A stretch of DNA of 64,000 nt from a virus. Taxonomy: Duplodnaviria > Caudoviricetes. The DNA lies in IMG/VR virus record IMGVR_UViG_3300031993_000007; one strand, given 5' to 3'. Under the pieces are notes generated by a model. It was not told the origin of the DNA and did not search any database. It worked only from the letters and a program-made list of their open reading frames with translations. The stretch's first letter is position 1; every line of letters starts with the position of its first letter. The translations under genes and the position numbers were made by a program. Of this stretch, positions 9,186 through 19,068 are shown one piece after another.

Positions 9186-9979
9186 CGCAACACCTCTCTT
9201 AAAATGGATTCTGTGAAAGCACGGCGGGTTTTAAATCCGATTACCGAAGGCCCCTTGCGAGCAATAATGCCGCCAGGAGTTACGGAAACGCTATCTGGAG
9301 TACCTTCAAGGAGGTCTTCTACCATTGCAAAGCTGTTTCCACCTTCAGAAGCTAGGGCTTGTTCGATATCACGACGATCAACCTTGACTTCAACATCTTC
9401 GCCATCTACCTTGGAATTCAAGATGCTCTTGATGAAGTCAGTTCCTTCGTTTGCATTGACCATAGTGGCACCGTAGTTAGAAGGATACGGCACCCAGTCG
9501 TAAGTGAATATCTTGAGATTCTTTACAACAAAATGCCTGTTTACACGTTCAAGATGGTGGATACCACGCATAGAGAACGAGAGGATCTTGTCTTGATCAA
9601 CACAGCCTTTCATAAAGTGGCCGGGTTCATTACGAGAGGAAAGAATCTCACCATAGAAATTATTAGCCTTACGTTCGACACTGCAAATGCTATGAGAGAC
9701 CCTGCTGGTATCCAGCCAAAGTTGGCGCTCAATTTTAGGAGCTAGAGGATGGTTAGCTTCCCCAAACCAAGTACCAGTACGAAGTTGTGTCTGAATATGT
9801 TCTTCCTTCAGAGCTGCTTCAATCACCGCACTAGGATAGATCTTCTTATTGCGGTTGAGAATGTCACCTTCTTGCAAGCAAGCTTTAAACAGAACATCTT
9901 GGTCTGTTTCCTTGATGATAGAAGGTTTCGAACTCGTAGAAGCGCTCTGGGACAAATAAATCGGAGTCTCAGAGGCCAT
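9182..9979 (-). CDS. Prohead protease (T4 gp21/phiKZ gp175-like)
   Basis: LQEGDILNRNKKIYP, GEANHP, SFSMRG, TYDWVPYPS motifs; late-type promoter at 10001-10012. Confidence 0.9.
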   Translation of the reverse strand: MASETPIYLSQSASTSSKPSIIKETDQDVLFKACLQEGDILNRNKKIYPSAVIEAALKEEHIQTQLRTGTWFGEANHPLAPKIERQLWLDTSRVSHSICSVERKANNFYGEILSSRNEPGHFMKGCVDQDKILSFSMRGIHHLERVNRHFVVKNLKIFTYDWVPYPSNYGATMVNANEGTDFIKSILNSKVDGEDVEVKVDRRDIEQALASEGGNSFAMVEDLLEGTPDSVSVTPGGIIARKGPSVIGFKTRRAFTESILREVLR

Positions 9980-10042
9980 AAATAATCCTTGAAAAAATTT
10001 CAATAAGAAGTTTTTGCAAAGATCTATAAAAAAGAAAGACAC

Positions 10043-10501
10043 CTATGCGATGTCTTTCATGTATCTTTTATTTGCGTGCGATTGTCTTTGAAGTTCTGGA
10101 GGAACAGGTTCTCCAGCTTCTTCTAGCTTTTTTCTTTCTTTAAATCTCATCAACTTTTCGGCATTTTCTTCGTTAATTCTGTGTCTTCCACATTTTTTAA
10201 CCTGTAACTCTGGAGGGAGTTCCAGTCCGGCAGCTTTGAAGCGTTTTCTCCAATAAAAGCGATACAGAGAGTTCTCTAATGCCTTGGCGGGATCGTATTT
10301 GCCGATCTTTGCTATTGAAAGCGGAGACGGAACCCTTGGAGGTTTAACAGGTTCAACAGCCTTCTGCTGTTGATTCTTGAATTTGTCGGGATTTGCTTTC
10401 TTATAGGTTTCTTCGAAGACACGTTTAAACTGCTCTTCTTGTTTTGCAAGAAGAGCAGCACGTTCGTCAGACAGTTTTGCTTTCGCTAACTTCCTTTCCA
10501 T
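10043..10501 (-). CDS. Basic hypothetical protein with repeated AG.E.PPELQ motif
   Basis: 152-aa ORF in a co-oriented cluster. Confidence 0.55.
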   Translation of the reverse strand: MERKLAKAKLSDERAALLAKQEEQFKRVFEETYKKANPDKFKNQQQKAVEPVKPPRVPSPLSIAKIGKYDPAKALENSLYRFYWRKRFKAAGLELPPELQVKKCGRHRINEENAEKLMRFKERKKLEEAGEPVPPELQRQSHANKRYMKDIA

Positions 10502-10988
10502 CTTTGATTATGTCCTTGAATTCTTGTTCGTTTAGTACACGAATAATTCCGGCGGCCTTAATACGGCGATACCCCATCAAGAAGATCTTTTTGAGAGAAT
10601 CCGTAAATGGACTTTCCGGAGTGAATTCCAATCTGAATCCGGTTTCCTCATTCTCGTCTACATAACCAGCAAGATTGATCTTCTGAGTGCGAGTATGATC
10701 AGGATCGTTCAGCGGCATAAACAAGACTTTGAATTCAAAGTGATCTTGGAAGATGCCCTTCTCAAGATTTTTGCTTTCAACAGCCGGATTAATAATCAGA
10801 AATTCAGCAAAGTTTTTAAGGGCCTCTTCGCTTACATTGATCTTGTCAGGCGGGAAGCTCTGAATGTAGCTAATTCCAGCCGGAATTCCGGCAGCAGGAT
10901 CTGCCTTCTGAATGGTCTTCCTGACAAAGCTTCCATTTGGAAGCTCGTACAATGTAGTTTCGATGAAGTCATTAATTGTCTCGTTCAT
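10467..10988 (-). CDS. Hypothetical protein
   Basis: 173 aa, GGAG RBS. Confidence 0.65.
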   Translation of the reverse strand: MNETINDFIETTLYELPNGSFVRKTIQKADPAAGIPAGISYIQSFPPDKINVSEEALKNFAEFLIINPAVESKNLEKGIFQDHFEFKVLFMPLNDPDHTRTQKINLAGYVDENEETGFRLEFTPESPFTDSLKKIFLMGYRRIKAAGIIRVLNEQEFKDIIKDGKEVSESKTV

Positions 10989-11178
10989 CTATAGCTCCAT
11001 AGAAATCATAGTAAAACTTTTCAGCAAAGTAGCACAGCCGACGTATGCTTCTTCCTGCAAAAGTCTTTTCAAGGTGGGTGACTACAACTAAGAAGTAGAA
11101 AATCATAACCACTAATAGCATAACTATATAGATCGGCAGAAGTATGATTCCTGCTAATTTCTTAATGTCTGATCTCAT
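10972..11178 (-). CDS. Small membrane protein
   Basis: Hydrophobic stretch LAGIILLPIYIVMLLVVMIFYFLVVV. Confidence 0.6.
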   Translation of the reverse strand: MRSDIKKLAGIILLPIYIVMLLVVMIFYFLVVVTHLEKTFAGRSIRRLCYFAEKFYYDFYGAIDERDN

Positions 11179-11181
11179 AAT

Positions 11182-11649
11182 TTACTCCGTAGGGAGTTCG
11201 AGCTTGCCTTCAGGTGGCTCAGCAAACTGCTTGTTGGCTTCCACGAATTCATGACGCCCAAGGCGACAATGCTTGAAGTATTCGGGGAATGTTTCATCAA
11301 GAAGTTTACACTCCTCTTCAGAACATTTCCACTTGGCTCCGATAATGTATTCAGTTCCATCAGGATTCGACGTCACCAGATCCATTGCGATCCAGCAAAG
11401 TTCCTTGCCATCCAGGCTGTTAACGGACACAATATGGCATCCGCCCTTGATCTTAAGACAGGACAGATCAATTCCAAATTCTTTCGTAGAGTCGTAAGTT
11501 GCAAGTTCGTTGCAATCTTTATCAACAACACGGCTGATCTTTAAACCGTTAGCAAAGATCTGACCGCCGTTAGTCTTTTCCAATACAATATTCTGGGTAT
11601 CGTTAGGATGGAATTCAACTAAAAAGAAAGGCTTTGTTGTAAGTTTCAT
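11182..11649 (-). CDS. Hypothetical protein
   Basis: ATG at 11649 with AAGGA RBS, after a terminator hairpin at about 11673-11704. Confidence 0.6.
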   Translation of the reverse strand: MKLTTKPFFLVEFHPNDTQNIVLEKTNGGQIFANGLKISRVVDKDCNELATYDSTKEFGIDLSCLKIKGGCHIVSVNSLDGKELCWIAMDLVTSNPDGTEYIIGAKWKCSEEECKLLDETFPEYFKHCRLGRHEFVEANKQFAEPPEGKLELPTE

Positions 11650-11730
11650 GATGTTCCTTGGATTAAAAAGAAACCGGGAGTCGCACAGCAGCAACGACTC
11701 CCGGCAATAATAGGTTAAGAAGCTCTGAGC

Positions 11731-14700
11731 TTAGTGCTTATTTTCGTTGTCTGACGGTTCAAGCTTTAATCCGAGGACAGTAAAGTAAGCTTTCAGAAGC
11801 TCCTTGACCGTGGAGTAAGATCCCTTCTTGACTTCAAGATTATGACCGGGTTCCTTCTGAAGAAGTTCGCTGATAAGCTGTTCTCGATCTGCCTTGTTAC
11901 TGCTGTGGAAGTCCAGCATTTCGAAAACGCTCTTGTTGTCATTAATCAAAGCCAAGTTTGCAAGTTCCTGCTCACCAAGGCGGACAGGAGTATTGCTGTA
12001 TGGGCTTAGCCTATTGCGATAGTTACGATTAGCCTTGTTCGGAACACCCTTCTGGTTAATCTGGCCACAAGAACGGACACTCATCTTAGAGCTCGGTTCA
12101 TGACGCAGTTTGATGAAGTACATATAACCAAAAGTCATCGGTGTTTCAATGCCCTTGAACTTGGTCGTAGTGATGCCAAGGGCTTCACGAACATCCATGA
12201 GCTCTTCGAACTCAATGTTTCCAAAGAAAGGAGGCATGTGAACCGGAACACCCTTCTTATAGAAGTCATCTACAATTGCATCACGGCTGTCTTCATTTTC
12301 TTCGATGAATTTGCAGATACTTTCATACATATCGAAGCCCATGTTCATCAAAAGTTCCTTGAGCTTTTCAAGCTTGGTCTCGCTATCGGAGTTGCGCCAT
12401 CTGTCAAGCCACTGCTTGACGATAGCTGTGATCTCTAATTCGTAGAGACACCCAGGGTTAATTCTATTAAGAACACCCAGAGGGTTCAAGCATACTTCGG
12501 CTCTTTCGCCATCTTCGGTTTCCGGCATTTCAACATCAGGTACAATCTTAACCGGAACAAATCCTTCCTTAGAGTCTTTTTCAGGAACGATCGTACTAAT
12601 TACCATTTATCTTTAAAAGGTTCGCAACACCTTTCCTCTATTTCTAGAGCTTTGTATTTCTACAAAGATGAGACTATATCTTCACCCTTTCGGGGCCATC
12701 CATTTCGAGCTTGCATATGCTTCAAGCCCTACTCCCTTTCGGGATAGTCGTTGAACGTTGAGCTTCTAATTTCAATTCCTTTCGGATCTTTCGTACATAT
12801 CCGTTAGTAACGAAAAATCCCGCAGTCTTTGCTATGACCTGGACTTGCATTCCAGATTTAAGCATTTCTGCAATGGTATTTCGCTGTTCCTCTGTATACA
12901 TTATACGTCTCTTATACATACTATGAGCGTGTTCTACATTTTCTTTTGCAGTGCACCACTCAAGATTTGATAAGTAGGAATGCGTTTTTACACCATCTTT
13001 ATGGTTGACATAATTCTTTCCTTCTTCTTTTTCAAGGAAATATTCTGCCACCAGTCTATGGATAAAGAAGTCTTTTTGTTTATCATTAACCATAAGCTTG
13101 ACTTTTAGATAGCCATCAAGACCTTCACGAGTAATCATGATTCGGCCTTTTGTATCGTTTCGTACTCTTCCGTATTGACTTATGGAGTAATCTGTTCCAA
13201 TTATCTTTTTCTAGATTTCTCCAATCTCATCTTTATCGAAATATTGTACTTCTCGTTTCTTTAAACCCATGCGAACAACTTTGTGCTCGATAGATCTAAT
13301 TCCACGATTAAGAGCTACAGACAGCTCTTTATTAGTCATTTTCTTAAAGTTGCTGATTAAGAATTTTTCGTCTTCTTTTGTCCAAGACTCTCTCATTAGA
13401 AGCTCCTTCGCTGCGGATTGTCCAATACTCAATGCTCTTACCTTACCTCCATCTTTCTTGGAGGACTCTGTAATTAAACAGTCGGTGTTTGAGTCTTAAG
13501 GAGTTTCCCGCAATTAGAATGGTTACATTTAAATGTTTCCATTTAAAGGAGCATTAATTTCTACCCTTTCCACCATCATTTATGTTCAGGTTAAGTCGTT
13601 AATTTAACCCCGTGGATTAAACCACTGCTCTAACTATTATGCTAGAGATCAGACTATATCTTTCTCCGTTTAAACGGAGACCTTCCATTTCCGCTAACTT
13701 TAGCGTACTCTACTAGATTCCTCACTTTGGAGGTCGTTCGATAGTCGTTGAGCCTTCGTCTATTAGGTATAGACGCTTGGTTGCTGATTAACTGGATTTA
13801 TATTCCAGCATCCCAGCAGTTAAGAAGGTTTTCATTAGATATTACTATCTAATGCGGCAATTATTTACCGATTGGTGATTTTGGATCCGATCATAGCTGG
13901 ACGCTCATCAACAACTGTGACCTCGATAACCATGTTGTCAAAGCTGTTTTCAGAGAGCCACTTCTTCTTGGAGCTATCGTCTGTATCGATACTATCCTTG
14001 GCTCTGGTATACGCAAAGGAAGCGTCAGCCGTCAACAATCCTTGTTCACGATACGGAGCCAGAGTCTTCACAAGTTCTTCATCATAGGCCTCTTGCCTGA
14101 AGATAAGATCCCTGAGCTGTTCGTATACCGGATCGTTCAAATCTTCTGCATCACGGTTGCAATAGACAAAGATATCGTCCACTACACCATGACCGTAGTA
14201 AATTGAGTCTGTGCTTGCGATCTTACACAGAGCCTCATCGTTCAACTGGTTAGCCATCGTCATGTTAACCATACGACGACGACCACAGAGAATGCCACCC
14301 TTAATTTCTTCGCCGATCTTTGGCAATCCCTGATAAGTCTCCTTATCTCCATACAAATTTAGGAGAAGGTCGTTGCTGTTCACCGGGATTTGATACTTAG
14401 AAACCGTGGCATGAGACAACTTCTTAGCAGCCGTCTCAGATAGCACAATACTATCTTCAAAAGTCATACCAGCATTGGCATAGTACACAGTCTTCAAGTT
14501 TACTCCATACTTGAGATTCATGCACTCGTCATACGCTGTAGAGTTGGACAGGATCGTGCCTTTATTAATTTCTGTGATATTTTCCCAGTTTTCAAGGTCT
14601 GGGATTTCATTCTTGTATCCATAGTCTTCTGTCAAGTTGGTGGCAGTGGACAGCTGGATTACATCTACCTTTTTAGATTCTTTGTACTGTACAATCACCG

Positions 14701-14968
14701 AATAACGCCTAGCGTTTCGTGCGATTACCTTCAAGACGGTACAGTCTTCCTTCATCCTAACATAGGATGAAGATACTTCGCCAATCTGATTTTCAAACCT
14801 TGTAAAGACTTTCGGAATTTCTCCATGCGTCAATACAACGGCCTGATTAATGTGGTTTGTAAACATCTGAATTCTTTGGGTGTCATTCTTGTCGGCATTG
14901 GGTACCAACAGCACTTCACCTAAGAAGTCATGGGTTTCCGGTTCTCCGGTTATTGCTCTAGCTGGCAA
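11731..14968 (-). CDS. rpoB: RNA polymerase beta subunit, C-terminal half (non-virion type), spliced: 14968-13867, 13576-13563, 12603-11731 (662 aa)
   Basis: Joined exons restore GSKITNR-YGGKG-VISTIVP; also FEDSIVLSE, NPLGVLNRINPG, YFIKLRH, PVRLGEQE; total 1989 nt, in frame. Confidence 0.9.
12604..13562 (-). mobile_element. Group I intron 2 (959 nt) carrying an HNH gene
   Basis: 5' exon ends in U; core AAUUGCGGGAA, AAUCCGCAGC, UUCAACGACUA, AAGAUAUAGUCU; ends AUAAAUG. Confidence 0.9.
12722..13396 (-). pseudogene. Intron-encoded NUMOD4-HNH endonuclease with in-frame TAG
   Basis: ORFs 13211-13432 and 12722-13138 share a frame: GEI*KKIIGTDYSISQYGRVR...IHRLVAEYF...VNHKDG...NLEWC; TAG at 13213-13211 sits where NUMOD4 has Trp; ATG 13396 follows AAGGAG. 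Confidence 0.8.
13577..13866 (-). mobile_element. Group I intron 1 (290 nt, no ORF)
   Basis: P1 CGGU/GCCG with U-G pair at splice site; core AACUGCUGGGA, AAUCAGCA, UCAACGACUA, AAGAUAUAGUCU; ends in G. Confidence 0.9.
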
Positions 14969-15041
14969 TTTAACTCCTTTCTTGCTGCTGTGAAATCCTT
15001 GGTAGATCTAAGGCAGATCTACCAAGTTGTAATATAAGATT

Positions 15042-16658
15042 CTAGGCGGCACCACTTAATGTGCGACGAGACTTACGGATCGGTTTGCTAGATCCAACTT
15101 CCTGAGCTGGCTTTCTAGATTCTAGACCATCGCCCCAACTACGCTTGACTCTACTGATCTGCGAAGTGAGGTTTTGTTCCAAACGGATTGTACCATTCTC
15201 GTAAGGCAATGCCAAGTAAGTGCCTTCACAATCGACTTTGTATCGACTCTTGAGTTTGAGGAATTGAAGATATTTTACTCCGTCTTCATCTTCTCTCGGA
15301 ATCAATATCGCACAATAGTCTGTATTCTGATAAATTTCAAACGAGTCGCCAATGACTGCTGCACTCAATTCATCTTCAAGCTTCTTTCCACGTTGGTGGG
15401 CTTCCTGAATCTTCTTTACAGCTTCACGGTTTACCTGCATTACTGTGGCAAACGGAACCTGAAGACGAGTGGCGAGAGCCTTTTCTTCATTGACAACAGT
15501 ACCGTAGTCGGTATACGGATCACCGATTTCGACAGAAGCACGAATTCTCTTGATGTAATCGTGGAGAATCAATACCACTTCGTATCCGGCTCTCTTCAAC
15601 TTGTCGCAGTAGTTAGAAAGATCCTTTGTGCTCCATTCACGACTTTCCTTGTATACACGAGCAAATCGAATATTCCAACCATTTGCCTGGTACAATTCCG
15701 GAATTTCTTCAGGATCACGATCTTCAAATTTCTTCTGACAAGAAACCGAGCTAGGCAGACCGACGCTATACTGACGTTCGTTACTTTCCTTCAAAGAGTT
15801 TTCTTGAGTTACGTACAGAATCAACGGAATCAAAGACGGATTCTTCGGACGAAGTCTCAAGTTGCAGCAAGATGCCCAACAGAGAATGTTCTCAAGGAAT
15901 ACGCTCTTACCTGTTCCCGGTGCGCCCAAGAAAGTATAATGACGTTCTGCTTCCAGACCACCACCAAGCATTTCGTTCAATTCACGAATACCAGTGGCAA
16001 TCTTATTGGACGGGCGACGATATTCTTCGATAGTTGTACGAATATTCTCAAGATAGCTATCTTCGCCAAAGATGTATTCAGATCTTGCAGTTCTACGAAG
16101 TTCGTTACGATTGATTTCGCTGACAGCCTGATCCGCAAATCCTTTAAATCTTGTAGCTGCTTCTGCAATATCAAGAACTTCGCCAGAATTCATCTTCTCA
16201 GAAATGTAATCAATATCATCCCTGTACTTGTAGAAGATAGCATAGTCATACAAAGTCTTGATACGTTCATCAATGTAATCCAGAACGTTTTCACCAAGAA
16301 AGTCCGGATCATTGTTGTAAAGAGTATCTAGCTCATTGAGCATTTCTGCGACACTATCACCCAGATTCTGCATTGCATCACGGACAATCAACGCATCCGT
16401 GTTGTGCTTGACCATAATCATGTCCAAGCCAACCTGGATCATAGAAACTAGAGTCTTTCGATCTTCAAAGACCTCGCTCAAACTCAAGTCAACAGTATCA
16501 AAGAGCTTATCAATCTTTTCAAGCATTTCAATGTCGAGATCCTGCGAATACAGAATATACGACAAAATACGCTCCAACAGCTCTCTGCTCAAAGGTGCTT
16601 TAAGCTTACGTTCGTGTTTTCTATTTGTAGTCTGTGTTAAGGTCTTACGTCTTTCCAT
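15042..16658 (-). CDS. dnaB: Replicative DnaB-like helicase
   Basis: IATGIRELNEMLGGG, GAPGTGKS, ILHDYI, MQVNRE. Confidence 0.9.
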   Translation of the reverse strand: MERRKTLTQTTNRKHERKLKAPLSRELLERILSYILYSQDLDIEMLEKIDKLFDTVDLSLSEVFEDRKTLVSMIQVGLDMIMVKHNTDALIVRDAMQNLGDSVAEMLNELDTLYNNDPDFLGENVLDYIDERIKTLYDYAIFYKYRDDIDYISEKMNSGEVLDIAEAATRFKGFADQAVSEINRNELRRTARSEYIFGEDSYLENIRTTIEEYRRPSNKIATGIRELNEMLGGGLEAERHYTFLGAPGTGKSVFLENILCWASCCNLRLRPKNPSLIPLILYVTQENSLKESNERQYSVGLPSSVSCQKKFEDRDPEEIPELYQANGWNIRFARVYKESREWSTKDLSNYCDKLKRAGYEVVLILHDYIKRIRASVEIGDPYTDYGTVVNEEKALATRLQVPFATVMQVNREAVKKIQEAHQRGKKLEDELSAAVIGDSFEIYQNTDYCAILIPREDEDGVKYLQFLKLKSRYKVDCEGTYLALPYENGTIRLEQNLTSQISRVKRSWGDGLESRKPAQEVGSSKPIRKSRRTLSGAA

Positions 16659-16673
16659 TTTTTCCTCGATTTC

Positions 16674-17867
16674 CTAGTCGGCAATTGCCAACTGTACATC
16701 TTCTAGTTTGACATCTTCGTTCATACGGAGTTTGGCAAACTTGACAATCTTGGAAGGATAATCTAGGGCTGGGTCTGCAAGGAAAGCCAATTCATTTTCA
16801 GGCTCCGAACCTTCAGCAACTTCTTCAGCGCTGCTTTCAGTCTTAGATTCAGAGGCCAAAGTCTTGTCTGTTCCGAACATTGTGGAAATGTGTTTCTTTC
16901 CGGATACAAAATCCATCAAGATATGCTTCAATTCTGGATTCTTGCGAGCAAATCCGTTCGGAACGAAAAGCCTAAATGTGATGCTCTCGTCTTCAACCGT
17001 GCTAGAGATTTCCTTCATGGCAAGCTCAATGTTGCCAGAGTAGTCTGCAAAGATTCGTTCGACATCAATGGTCTTAAAGATCGGAGCCTTTTCGTTCTCA
17101 ATGAAATTAACTTCAGTGTCTCCAGTACTCTGGTCATACTGATAGTAATTGAATCCCTTAGCTTGGGGTTCACCCTGACCTTGGCGAGAGAACGATCCGT
17201 GGTAGTAGATCTTCTTTTTATAATCGCAAGCAGTGTGAATGTGGCCACCTGTAGCGATACCCTTGGTAATCCTTATAATGTCGTCGCTCTTGAATATCGG
17301 AGCCGACTCGATGGGCATTTCGCTTTCATACATTTGAGACTGGAAAGCTTGGAAGTCAAAAGTCCCGTGGAAGAATACCATATCGTAGGCTTTGTCAGGA
17401 GCATTGTAAATTGTCTCTGCGTAGAAATCCTTTTGCGATGCAGGATATTCTTCAGGGATGTAAAGGACTTTAAAGTCCGGAAACACTTCTTCAGTTGTGG
17501 CTGTAGTTACAGTCTTGAAGTGAGGCTTATCCATAAACATCACGCTAATGGTTTCAATCTGGCTACGGTCATGGGTAGCTGTACCTTTCATCAGACGAAG
17601 CTGAATGTTAAATCTTTCGCAGATATCAACGGTGCGGCTCAGACAGCCAAGCATGATTCTTGCAGATTCAGAGCTGAATCTCAATTCTTTATGAATGAGG
17701 TCTCCGGAGATTACAATCATGTCGATAGCTTCGCCGTTAGCTTCAATAAAGCCATTGAAGTATTCTTCATAAGCTTGGCCTAAAGCTACGTCATCACTTG
17801 CACCGAAGTGGAAGTCTCCAGCGTCAACGATGACATAATTAGAGTCGTCAAATTTCTTTGCGTTCAT
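16674..17867 (-). CDS. sbcD: SbcD/Mre11-like nuclease
   Basis: GDFHFG, SGDLIH, GTATHD, FHGT, GGHIH, YHGSF metallophosphoesterase motifs. Confidence 0.88.
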   Translation of the reverse strand: MNAKKFDDSNYVIVDAGDFHFGASDDVALGQAYEEYFNGFIEANGEAIDMIVISGDLIHKELRFSSESARIMLGCLSRTVDICERFNIQLRLMKGTATHDRSQIETISVMFMDKPHFKTVTTATTEEVFPDFKVLYIPEEYPASQKDFYAETIYNAPDKAYDMVFFHGTFDFQAFQSQMYESEMPIESAPIFKSDDIIRITKGIATGGHIHTACDYKKKIYYHGSFSRQGQGEPQAKGFNYYQYDQSTGDTEVNFIENEKAPIFKTIDVERIFADYSGNIELAMKEISSTVEDESITFRLFVPNGFARKNPELKHILMDFVSGKKHISTMFGTDKTLASESKTESSAEEVAEGSEPENELAFLADPALDYPSKIVKFAKLRMNEDVKLEDVQLAIAD

Positions 17868-17889
17868 AGTGGGTTTCCTTTTGGTAATG

Positions 17890-17901
17890 CAAATTGATGT
17901 T
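17890..17901 (-). promoter_or_regulatory. Late-type promoter AACA-N6-TG
   Basis: AACATCAATTTG, G located 23 nt before the sbcD start. Confidence 0.6.
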
Positions 17902-18013
17902 GAAGCTGTCTGTTCTTTGCACGTTTGCCCGCGCTTTATAAAGATTTTTTAAGTATACAAAAGTATAGTAATAAATAAAAATAAATTATTTTTATAAAAG
18001 ATTTATGATTTTA

Positions 18014-18025
18014 AACATAATATTG
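18014..18025 (+). promoter_or_regulatory. Late-type promoter AACA-N6-TG
   Basis: AACATAATATTG just upstream of ATG 18040. Confidence 0.6.
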
Positions 18026-18039
18026 AACCGGATAAACTT

Positions 18040-18975
18040 ATGAGAAAACTTTCAGAAATTTCAGCTTTAAATAAAGATACCCTAAAGGATATCGGAGCCG
18101 CCTTAAGCAATGTTAAGCTTCAAGATTGCATGGTGAAGATTTCTCAGATGGAAGATTCTGTAAGAGCTATCACTAAGAAAGAAAATCGTCCGCTGAAAAA
18201 TCGTGTTATCAACGATCTTAAAGATGGATTGATTATCCCGGTCTTTGATCCGACTGGTCTATCGAGTATTCCTGTCTTCATTCCGTTCTGGATTTCAAGC
18301 TATAACGGAAAGGTTGTGTGCGTCGTGAACCTTACTCAACGAGGCAGACAAGATAAAAAGACTGGTGAAATCGTAGTCCATCCTAAAACACTTTTTAGTT
18401 TGTTGATGTGCGGCACAGTAATTCGTCAGATGACGGTTAATGAGCACAACATCATGGGAAGCACTAAACTGCTTACCTCTTTATCCAAAATTTATTCTAG
18501 GATTTTTACAAAGATCCTTGATAAAAATTTCGCAATCTCTGCGAATGATCTGTATCTAGATCAGATCCGTTATCTAACTGCAAAATTCTTCCTTGTCTCT
18601 ATAGTCGGCAAGCCTAATACGCCGTCTATCAGCGATATAGCAGCTAAGAGTATCGGAACATCTAGTATTCAAGGTGTTCGACAGGTTGATGCGATGATGC
18701 CAACAGAAGCTTATACTAATCTAGTGACCTTCACTATGGCTCTAGGTGATGTATTTAAGCGTATGGCTCGCCTAAACACGAGACTCCTTTTAGGGGATAC
18801 CGTGAAGACGTACTCGGCGGTTTCGTTTCTTATCCTCGAGTATTGTCCTTACTTTGTAGCTAATATTCTTCTGGCCCAGACGTCCGCCGGAATCAACAAC
18901 GAATTTAGCTACGATGCGGTGCTGGATAAAGATGGGTTAGCAGTCTACTCCGAGATGGCTCGGCTTATTCAGTAA
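18040..18975 (+). CDS. Hypothetical protein (late-type promoter, possibly virion)
   Basis: 311-aa ORF followed by hairpin ggcccttacga/tcgtaagggcc. Confidence 0.7.
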   Translation: MRKLSEISALNKDTLKDIGAALSNVKLQDCMVKISQMEDSVRAITKKENRPLKNRVINDLKDGLIIPVFDPTGLSSIPVFIPFWISSYNGKVVCVVNLTQRGRQDKKTGEIVVHPKTLFSLLMCGTVIRQMTVNEHNIMGSTKLLTSLSKIYSRIFTKILDKNFAISANDLYLDQIRYLTAKFFLVSIVGKPNTPSISDIAAKSIGTSSIQGVRQVDAMMPTEAYTNLVTFTMALGDVFKRMARLNTRLLLGDTVKTYSAVSFLILEYCPYFVANILLAQTSAGINNEFSYDAVLDKDGLAVYSEMARLIQ

Positions 18976-19068
18976 TTTCCCCTGGCCCTTACGATGCGTC
19001 GTAAGGGCCTTTCCTTTGCAAGTCCAGAACATTCGAACAGACTATTGTAAATAAGGAACCCACCACCT

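Noticed and set aside
11705-11716. AACC-N6-TG late-type motif
   Set aside because: Off-consensus and followed directly by a terminator hairpin
11731-12606. Independent gene starting at ATG 12606
   Set aside because: The ATG is the last three bases of intron 2; the frame is exon 3 of the beta subunit
13211-13213. Stop-codon reassignment of TAG
   Set aside because: Core genes such as dnaB, sbcD and the beta'-N subunit end cleanly at TAG, and no other gene is fragmented by it
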